Part shown: piece after piece, positions 11,108 to 20,000 of the stretch
Numbering within the stretch: the stretch's first letter is position 1
Layout: each line of letters starts with the position of its first letter
Source: Catajapyx aquilonaris
Lineage: Eukaryota
Direction: 5' to 3'
Length of the DNA: 20,000 nucleotides
NCBI GenBank assembly: GCA_000934665.2
Contig: KZ538214.1
Span: 109,843-129,842 of the forward strand
Notes under the pieces: generated by a model
Databases searched by the model: none
What the model was told of the DNA's origin: nothing
What the model saw: only the letters and a program-made list of their open reading frames with translations
Translations under genes and position numbers: made by a program

Positions 11108-11109
11108 AA

Positions 11110-11186
11110 CATAACATTCTGACATATTAACTGTGATGCGAATATCTGTATAGATATTTGCATTACAGTTAAGTCAGAATGTTATG
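11110..11186. repeat. Imperfect 77-bp palindrome adjacent to the previous one
   Basis: CATAACATTCTGAC...TTAACTGTGATGCGAATATCTG-TA-TAGATATTTGCATTACAGTTAA-GTCAGAATGTTATG. Confidence 0.95.
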
Positions 11187-11869
11187 ATGAGCTATGCTTT
11201 AAAGCTCCTGCATTAATAATTACGCTGCGTATTTTTGCACGAGCAGGTCTAAAACAAGGCTCGACTTATAATTCCTGCTGTAGTACAACCACCGCTACAC
11301 GAATTGTAATGCGTAATCCACAGACACATACAAAAAAAAATCCTTAGCACATTTCGCTTTGAACCTGTAATCTATTTAAATTTAAATGCAATTTAGGACC
11401 AGTGCGGGAGTACTGTACGGCGTAATCATGGTCCTGTGAGAGGTCTATATGCACATGTCTGTCTCTCTTTTCCTGGTTTTGTAGGTGCTGCCGACTAGTG
11501 GCGACGGCGGCTTCCCCCATGTTTTGGAAATGGGGGAGGGTTGGCCCCCCCATCGTCGTTGTCGACAGACTTTCCCACCCTCTGCACCCCTTCCCTCCCA
11601 GACACGGCCTTGGCGGAATGACGGCGACGGCAGACACGCTTTGTATCGCATTGCCCCCCATCATTGCTCTCATTTACTATACACTACCCAATGGCCGAAA
11701 GCAAATCCACAAGGAAAATTGGGAAACACTCCCTTTTCTGGGATCTGAAATGGCATGCAAAACTGCATCGGACACGTCGGGTGAAGTGAGTAATTATCAG
11801 GGGCAAAAAGTTTCGCCATGATTAAGTTTACTGATGACCTGGGATGGGATTCGCTTGTTTGTGGTACCT

Positions 11870-11900
11870 GAAACTTCCTGCAGGATCCTGCGGAAGTTTC
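11870..11900. repeat. 31-bp palindrome with one bulged base
   Basis: GAAACTTCC(T)GCAGGA|TCCTGCGGAAGTTTC. Confidence 0.85.
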
Positions 11901-13025
11901 TTCCCTCTTTTGCATAAGTGCTTAAATCCTTAGGCTAACTGTCTCCTCTCCAGAGTAGTACAGTCAAATGGGGCGTCCCCTCGGCGCAGGCCCACTGTTG
12001 CAACCCTATATACAAAAGGGGGGGTTTGTGGGTGGTTGGGGGGAGAGAGAGGATGCGAGGTCTTCCCCTTTGGACTGAGGTCAGCGGCAAACTGCAAGCG
12101 GCAATCCGGCTAGAAAAGTGCGAAATTTATCAGGCTTTCCCCCTGCGGGCGTCTGTCGCCGCGTGTTATGACAGCCTAGATCGATATAAATCGAGGCTCT
12201 CCCGGTCTGTGCTAGCCTGCATTAGGGTTCCCCCTCACTTTTTTCCCCTTCTCTACCTATAGATGCTGCTTCAGGACCATGAGATTCCGCGACCTCTAAT
12301 CGGCCCAATCCAAAGGAGGAGCCGAAGAAGAATAATAAAAAAAGTATTGTCGATTGACCCAAATGGTGATTATAGGGTGGGAGACAGAATGGGGGGGCTG
12401 ATGAGACAATAGGAATAATTAAACGGGATTTTAACTAGGGAGGTATTTCCAATACTGCTTATGTTGCAGTTTTTTTTATATAAAAAAGAGTGACTCATGT
12501 TTATTCCTTCAGGATCTATTAGCAAGAGGTCATCCACTCCCTCAGACCTTAGACGTCCTGTCACGCATTCAAAACTTCCTTCTTTTTTGACTTTTTTTTA
12601 CAATCGTTTTTCAGCACGCGAAACAGGTTATTCAGGATCTGCTAGTTTCTCAAGTGCTATATGAATAATTTGGCGAAGATAAAGCTATAGAACAGTGCGT
12701 CGCTAGTCTATACCTGTTTTTATACATACTATATAAAATGTCGTCACAGGATGTAAAAATGTACATATAAATACATAATTATAAAATGTACTGTGCACAT
12801 AGCCCTGTAAAAAGTTTTAAATCTGCTCTTATCCTCGTGGGTGTATGCCCACAGTATAAGCTTCCATTGCTCAGAATATACACTGGTTACTTGCCTTTAG
12901 TCTGACTCGACCCCTTCTTGGCAACAATATTATCTCCACACTGGTCGTCTCCCTTGCAAAGAAAGCTGTCTTCACATTTTATGCCAGCAGGACTGGATGC
13001 CAAACCACTCACCTTTCTGGTTCTG

Positions 13026-13973
13026 TCACATTCCAGACGGATCTAATTGATACGTCAGGTATATGGCTTTGAGGTCGTCTTCTACCAGCGGTCCACAGTC
13101 TGCAACTAACACACGACAAATCGGTGGCCTTGTTCCTTGGCCAGCAGTCTTACCACGTGAGCGGATTTCCCCGTAATGATGACTCTGGAAGGCAGGCACC
13201 TGTGACACCCAAGGGCATCAAGGTTGGGAAAACCAGGGTTGCCAGCAATAATTCAGTGCTAATATGTTGCAGTAGGACTCAGTCTTTTATTAAGGAAATT
13301 CTAATGCAATGTTCCCCGCACGACATCAGTTTTTATCAACAGACTCACATGCATGCAAAGTTAGGGTCACTCTGTAAACTGATTGAAACGTTGTGACTGA
13401 TGTGCTGATTTAAAATGACCTCTCACTCTTTCGATCATAAGAATTTTTTATAAAGTGGGTTTGAAAATATGAGAAAAGAGCCTATGTTATGCATTATGGT
13501 TAAACCTTTAAGCCCATTTTCAAGTATACCGTACGTATTATTTGTTGTCCAATAAGCGCGGAAAAGACTTTCAGATCATCGCATATCATCCATCCATGAT
13601 CCTCCTCTTATCAAAACTAACACAAGTGTGACACACTCTATATATGGGGCCCATGTGTTACCCTGGTGTAAAGCCTAAATATGCATAATACACTTTCTTC
13701 ACAAGTGCGTCATATTTCTTTGGTATTCTTTGGTATTTCGTAGTTACTATAATATATTTTCCACAGATGTAACAAAAGGTATCAAGTGATTCCAGACGAC
13801 CCCTTGCAGCCACTTAGTTCACTTCACAGAATAAATCCCTCAGAGGGATAGAATTATAATTAATGGGAAGTGTAATTTTTTTGGTGTGTATATGAATTTC
13901 CACAATAGTTTTCGTGAGCATTTATGCTTAAAAATCAAAGTTTTACAGCTAAACTCCTCAGTCCTCACAAGGA

Positions 13974-14016
<43 letters not shown>

Positions 14017-14237
14017 TCAGACATTGCTATCCTTGTGAGGATATTTTTCGCAAGTTTCCTATCCTTGTGAGGACCGAAAACCTTACGAGGACTTTTTTCA
14101 GGCCCTCATAACGTACACAGTCCTCACAAGGATGGCGGAAAATCAAACCAAGACCTCCTTTTTACTGTGAAAAAATAGGTCACCAAAATTTCGTGTGTAT
14201 TTTGTAGGTTAGGTTAGGTTAGGTTAGGTTNNNNNNN

Positions 14238-14280
<43 letters not shown>

Positions 14281-14607
14281 AACCTCATAAGGATAGTCCT
14301 TTGTTCAGGTCTCGCATAGGGTCTGGGGACCAAGGTTGGTGTTTTGACTGTAGCTCTGGGGACAGTCTCCATATTGTGGGGACCTTTCGCGTCCCCACAG
14401 CAAAAACGCCTGCTTCAGTGGGGACATGTCCCCACAATTCCGTTATGTAGGGTTTTACAAAAGTCCATTTTTCTCGCCCTAGGATAGGTAGGGTAGGGTA
14501 GGTAAGGTTATGGTAGGTTAGGTTAGGTTAGATCAGTTTACACTCGCTTCGAAAATGTGTTTTTCTTGCCCCCACAGCCTATTGGATCCCTGATTGTGTG
14601 TGTATGG

Positions 14608-14643
<36 letters not shown>

Positions 14644-15188
14644 ACTCTCCCACTCTCTTCTCTCTTCTACCCACAAAATTTGAAGAACGTAGGTTGGAAT
14701 CTCGCGAGTTGACCTCTGCACGCCAGAAAAATGGTCAAAGGGTCACGTTGTGGGGCAGGTCACGCTAGTTGTGTCTTTCATCCCTCGGTGTGGACTATCT
14801 ACCCACAAAATTTGAAGACCTCCCCCCCCCCCCTACTTGCGGGTCAGAAACCTAACCGACACCGCACCTCCCCATGGATGGGTCAAGGATAGGAAAGGAA
14901 GGGGGTGGCTGTAGCCTATTATTTACGGAAGCGACCCCGGAATTTTCCTGGGAGGACCGTGGGAAACCACAGAAAACCACGGTCAGGATCGCCCGCCCCG
15001 GGACTCGAACCCAGGACCTCCCGATTAGCAGTCGGACGCTTTATCCACTCCACCAACCTCCTTCGGTGAACTGATGCTATCGTGTGATATTTGTTATAAA
15101 ATGAATTTTCAAAACGTGTAAATGGAGCCAATAAAAATACGTCAGTGGTTATTGTGGCCTTCAGTTCCCGGACTTTCAGCTCTTCTAG

Positions 15189-15239
<51 letters not shown>

Positions 15240-15890
15240 TTACCCCGTGATAGAGCCATTGGCTCTCTTAGGGGGGGAGTTCATCCCATTTTTTTTTTGT
15301 CAGGAACTCTTTGCTTTTTACTTTTTGCTTCGCTTTTTAGGAAGGGATAGGGATGGAAGGAAGCGGCTGTGGCCTGTTAATTACGGAAACAACTCCGGAA
15401 TTTTCCTGGAGGGACCGTGGGAAACCACAGAAAACCACGGTCAGAGTTGCCGGCCCCGGGATTTGATCCCAGGACCTCCCGATTAGCAGTCTGGCTCCTT
15501 AACCCCTACACCAACCTGCTTCGGTTCTTCTAGTAGCCTATAGCCCATGACAAATAATATCACACAATAGCATCAGTTCATCTCAATGTATGACAAAATA
15601 ATGTATGTTGTATATTTTCTATTATTGTTCAACTTCAGCTCACTATAAAATATGTTTGATTTATGTTACATTTGTTGTAGTATTGCATAGATTCTGGTGG
15701 TCCTGCTGGTAATGATGGTGCTGGACTATTCCTTCGTGTGTTCTTCTCTGTACCTTTCGATGATGTTCTCCAGGCGGTTTATGTGGACAGAAGGACTGAG
15801 GAAAACAACAGCCAGGTATTGGCCTTCATTCACTTTATACGCCGCCGGGGTATTATTGCAAACTAATTTCAGATTTGTGTCTTGGCACAT
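13026..15890 (-). CDS. Candidate small multi-exon gene (exons 15890-15864, 15795-15754, 13199-13154, 13099-13026), 62-aa ORF; reading frame uncertain
   Basis: Chain of consensus splice sites (TTTTCCTCAG, AAG|GTACAG, TCACAG, GTG|GTAAGA, TTGCAG, AAG|GTGAGT) with 68- and 54-nt introns like others in the window. One joined frame reads MCQDTNLKLSFCPHKPPGEHHRKVPAFQSHHYGEIRSRDCGPLVEDDLKAIYLTYQLDPSGM*. Confidence 0.4.
13955..14605. mobile_element. Cluster of (TG)n-associated non-autonomous DNA transposon(s) with subterminal motifs and internal TTAGG arrays
   Basis: CTATCCTTGTGAGGA or its inverse at 13961, 14027, 14059, 14120 and 14283. GTGGGGAC/GTCCCCAC motifs lie at about 14320-14580, (GT)n at 13977-14014 and 14238-14279, and TTAGG-like runs at 14205-14230 and about 14480-14531. 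An assembly gap lies inside. Confidence 0.7.
14610..14641. repeat. (CT)n microsatellite
   Basis: Direct dinucleotide run. Shorter (CT)n runs occur near 972-988 and 4203-4220. Confidence 0.95.
14885..15067 (-). mobile_element. Second copy of the tRNA-derived SINE family (head and body; different 3' end)
   Basis: A box TGGTGGAGTGG (15055-15045) and B box GGTTCGAGTCC (15011-15001). Clearly alignable to about 15345-15525. Confidence 0.88.
15067..15580. mobile_element. Small MITE-like element with about 31-bp inverted repeats, interrupted by the SINE
   Basis: TGAACTGATGCTATCGTGTGATATTTGTTAT (15067-15097) is the near reverse complement of 15547-15580. No TSD identified. Confidence 0.55.
15191..15525 (-). 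mobile_element. Full-length tRNA-derived SINE with (ATT)n tail and 10-bp TSD
   Basis: tRNA-like head with degenerate A box and B box (GGATCAAATCC), central GGTTTTCTGTGGTTTCCC...CCAGGAAAATTCCGG domain and (TAA)n at 15191-15238. TCTTCTAGTA is duplicated at 15181-15190 and 15526-15535. Confidence 0.9.
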
Positions 15891-18176
15891 GTTTCACTAT
15901 GGTGACATTGCTGCAAGGAAAGGTTTACCCACACATGACGTAATTGGAGTAGCCCCAAATAATCTGTGACTGTTAATGTCCTAGCCCAAATAATTCGTAG
16001 ACAATCACAGAATTTCGAGTTTCGATATGTGACACACTTACATGCCCTGCATATGCGCGGGAATTAGTATGGGAAAGAAATCCTGGGCAGTCTAACAAAC
16101 TATTTTGATTTATATTAAAGAGCTTGTTAAATATGTACTATTAACAGGCGAAGTCTACCTGTTCATGTATTTTTTAAAGAACCAGAATTTATTAGAGAGA
16201 GCTGCTTTTAATTTCAATTTCATTGTTATAATGTAATGACCTACCAGAAGATCCTGCCCCTCTACCTCGCACAACTAAATCATACGAAGGACCCAGAATC
16301 TAAATAAGATTAAGTTTTTTTAAAAAAAACATCTGTTATGGAGGGAAATTACTGAGGTTTAATAACAAGCATCAATGTGACACGTGACTGGATAACAACA
16401 ATGGCCACTTGTCGATGCCGTCTGCTTTGTGAGGTCAGCTCATCGACTGTTCCTGTGAAGATTAGTATTTTAAAGGAGAACTAAAATTTGACAGAGAAAA
16501 TACAGTTTATTTCTTGCTCATTGGATCAATATTTTGGGCTTATCGCACCGAGTTTGTGGCATTGTAAAAACAACATGTTTTATTTTGTTTTATCTCCCAA
16601 TGAATTCTAGTTTAATAAAATGCACACATTGCTGTTGAAGGGAGGGCGACGCGGGTTGTAATGAGGTATTGGTGTGAGAGAGGGGCAGCTTACCCTTCGC
16701 ATTCAGAGCCCTCGATGGGTCTATCAAATTGGGTGTTTATGATGCAAATGTCCAAGTGACACGACCAATAAAGTCACTATTAAATTATACGGTACAAATT
16801 ACATCACACAAACTCTAAACCATATAATGGCAGCATTGTAATGGCGTGCTCATTGTTGGTGGGGCGGACGAGAGTGGGAACATTTTTCGACTGCAATTGG
16901 GATCCGCTGCCAGAAAACTATGCGGCCACTATAACAAAGGTTTATCGCCAAATATTACTCAAGTTCGTCTGAATTGCTGTGGTAGTTACAGTTTTGTAAC
17001 CGATTTTGAAATTGCGCATGAAAACTGGAGCCACATTTGGAGGTAGGTCATGTGTATTTAAAAATAGCAATATAGTGCAGTTTAATTCACTGACATTTCG
17101 CTAATACTGCTCGCAGCCACATAATTAATACACATCACCCAAAGATTAAAATTTCGCCGATATTTTGCCGGGCTTTCCTTGCAATAAGGGAAACAATTTT
17201 TCGCACCACATTTACCTGATTTTTTTAGTTGCTTCTTCAGAGATAGGGGTTTCACTTGGATGGTTCCAAGATTATTTTTTTTAAGAAGAAGGAGCATAGC
17301 CCCCCCTCTTTTGTTCTCTCTTATTGTGAGTGATGGGACAAAAACCGAGCCATGAGTTTCTATGAGGCAGCGATAACGTGTCTATGAACGTCGTCCATTC
17401 GAGAAAAGGCTGGCGATCGAAAAAGAGAAGAGTTGGCGAATGCATGCGGTAGCCACCGGAATGGTCCAACCATAACGCTAAAATTTGATGACCAAAAACT
17501 TTTTTCCACTCTAACCCCCCCCCGCTTCTCTGTATACTTTTTTTTTTCGTAAAGTCTCTCTCTCTTTCCAGGGGGCGTTATATTCCACTTGATATCCCAG
17601 GATAACAACAGTCGTGTTCTGGTTCGTTAGTTCCTGGATGACGTCATTATCGTATTCCGAGTCATTTATCTGCGAGAGCAGTGTCATTCAGATCTGCAGC
17701 CAAGCTTGGAGAGATGGTCACTTGGGATGGACGCCATTATGTCCCATATTCCTCTCGGCTATGGTTATGGACAAGGACAGCGGCCGGGGATAGGAAACAG
17801 AACTTTCCTCTTAAGTGCTCAAATAAAAGACCATCTCCCTCGCTTTTCTGCGCTGTCTCGCGGCGATTCCGACTCGAGGTGCCGCCGGCCCGGTTGTGGG
17901 ACCCAAACCATTCTCTGTCCAGATTTTCTCTCTCTCAGCTCCAAAAGTGTGTGAGTGTGTGAAAGAGAGTGAGGAGCTTCTGGATATTAATGCATATACA
18001 GAGCCAGATTTTAAAACCAAAATTGAAATCGGGACATGGCGGAACACTTGGGAGAAAATTCCGCTAAAGATCCATGGCAATAAATATTTTCTTCACGCTC
18101 ATGATGGTGTACTATAACACGCAGAAAGATTGTTACACTGTATTCATGAGGTGTCCGCGACTTTTAGCTTATCATA

Positions 18177-18218
18177 CTGCCGCAAGGGTCGTTCATCCGG
18201 CAACGACCCTTGCGGCAG
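18177..18218. repeat. Perfect 17-bp GC-rich stem with 8-nt loop
   Basis: CTGCCGCAAGGGTCGTT-catccggc-AACGACCCTTGCGGCAG. Confidence 0.95.
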
Positions 18219-20000
18219 GAGGGTAAACAAACAGTCGCGGACACCACAAAAATACAGTGCGACAATCTTTTTGCGTGTTATAGTAGCAATCCTACATGTC
18301 GTTAACATCATGTATTATGGACTTCTTCTCTGGGCCAAAAAGGAGGAACACAAATTTATCTCCTTCTTGTAACAGTTATATAAGGTGATAACATCAGGGA
18401 GAAGCTATCGGCCTTGATGGAACGAGATATCTAAAGATGGGGAGGCTGTGTTCATGTGTAGGATAAGTGCTTTCCGATAAGTATAAGTGCTGGCATAGTG
18501 TTATCCCGGCTTATCAGTGGCCAATTTCTTCAGCATAAGGAGATGGGACCAATTCTGTGGAGAACATCCCTCCCCCCCACTTTTATCCCACGAAAGGATG
18601 GCGTAGTCTTGTAAATTGCATTTTCTGTCACTGAAAAAAGGCGAGGCGTAAAAACTTTACCCTGCTGACGCTTTTTCCCCCCCACCCCTCCTCCGTCCTT
18701 TCCAAAGGAAATTTGCATAATAACAGAAACAGGACTTGAATAATGGAATATTGGCAGTAATGTGCAATGGTAGCAATGTTCAGACATGAATTTGGTCATA
18801 CTGCGACCAAAACATTTCCGAGTGTGTTTCAAGGAGACACAAAACGATATTATGCCTCTTATAAAAATACGCGCTTTTTCGATCTCGATTAGTAGAAATA
18901 AAAATGCATGTAAAGCATGATGGGAAAAAAATTACGAAGGGGGAACAAGGATTTACAGTTCACATACATTGCATATTGTCAGCCTTTTTGACCACAAATA
19001 CGTGTCGGTACGTGACATAATGCCTTCAGCGACATGTACTACGATCTGGCAAAGCCAGAGATTAAACCTTAAAATCCGACCTAAATCATGTCCCAAAAAT
19101 CGGTTTAAACTAAAGCCTCCAAACTGTTAGCCTTGATGCTTTTACAAATATTAGTTATACATGAACATGCAGTGCCCAGTACGACGAATCAATCCCACCA
19201 TGATCATTATTTATTACTTATTAGTATCAACTTCCTTCGTGATTGGTTGAAGCAGTTTGGGTGCAAATCTTTGGTTAAATTGCCCTGTACCTGTGCACCT
19301 TGTCTTGCAACATCTCTAAAGTCGTCTCCTTTCTACTGTGGTTTATATACAAGCCCTTTCTTCTTAGTATTTTTTCCATGTCCGTTCCTCCTTCCGCCTG
19401 TGTTCCTGGAGGAGGAGGGGGGTTGGAGAGGAGGAGAAGAAGAAGAGAAAGCAGCAAGAAGCTGCACTTTCCGGATAGAAAGACAAGTTGGGGACAGACG
19501 TGTAACCCCTTCCATGTCTGGTGCCGTCGGCCACACAATGAGAGTGAGTGGCGTGGAATGGGGGAGGATAGTCTTGCTGGCGGATTCTCTCTTTGTGGGA
19601 GAAACAGATTTGAATTGGACCAGAGCTTCCCTCCCTCCCACATCTAGAAACATATCTCATTCTCCCTCCCTCCCCCTCTTCCTTCACTCATCCATAAGGA
19701 GAAAGAGCTGGAGGAAAAAAAAGGAGAAGAAGAAAATATATATATATATATGGCGAAACCTCAATTTCACCAGCTAGGGAATGTGGACTCGTGTTTGGTC
19801 AGATTGGTGACACTATGGTGTCAAGTTTATTTATTTGTATTTAACTAACAGAATTCGCACGGGAATTGAAGACTTAAATAAGGTCTATATTGAAAAAAGT
19901 TGCAGGCGATGTAACCAGTCGCTATGGCAAAGTAGAGGGGGAATGGAAATGGGATATACCCGACAAACTTTGCCTTTTATATTCACTTGGACATTTCAAT

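Noticed and set aside
11344..11821. GC-rich patch with several overlapping ORFs after an acceptor-like TTTTGTAG
   Set aside because: No matching donor or partner exons and no recognisable protein.
13097..13156. In-frame TGA formed across the 13154>13099 splice junction (NPLT-U-LWTAG), suggesting a selenoprotein
   Set aside because: That frame is closed by TAA in the upstream exon, there is no redox motif, and I see no properly paired SECIS before the AATAAA at 12505. A SECISearch run would settle it.
13961..14296. Recurring 15-bp motif as a CRISPR-like array
   Set aside because: Mixed orientations, irregular spacing, eukaryotic context and no cas genes.
14205..14531. TTAGG repeats as a telomere or chromosome-fusion scar
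   Set aside because: The runs are short, degenerate and embedded within transposon-like motifs.
14995..15067. tRNA gene (anticodon GCT)
   Set aside because: No good acceptor stem or Ser-type long variable arm. It continues into a SINE body shared with the neighbouring copy.
15145..15486. Poly-Ile ORF
   Set aside because: It is a translation of the (TAA)n SINE tail and antisense SINE body.
19133..19777. 214-aa ORF and overlapping ORFs on both strands
   Set aside because: Non-ATG start, low-complexity purine/pyrimidine tracts and no recognisable domain or coherent splice structure.

Overview
Eukaryotic, intron-containing genomic DNA, most likely arthropod (TTAGG repeats, an Lm1/Talua-like tRNA SINE, introns as short as 50-70 nt). 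There is no prokaryotic, viral or CRISPR content. The best-supported feature is a complete six-exon, minus-strand class A GPCR gene (7137-4747, about 360 aa) resembling the Tre1/moody group, with every splice junction phase-compatible. Less certain are a plus-strand multi-exon gene (about 2765-4700) converging tail-to-tail with the GPCR, a minus-strand many-small-exon transcript (about 16720-12480) and two weak flanking gene candidates. Repeats include a 342-bp fold-back MITE with a 7-bp TSD, two related tRNA-SINE copies with different tails (one nested inside a small inverted-repeat element), a (TG)n/TTAGG-associated transposon cluster, and several sequence-unrelated palindromes, including a perfect spacerless 60-mer. 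I cannot demonstrate a wholly new system. The most promising leads are the small-exon transcript, the palindrome set and the divergent GPCR. All gene models were assembled by hand and no database search was run.
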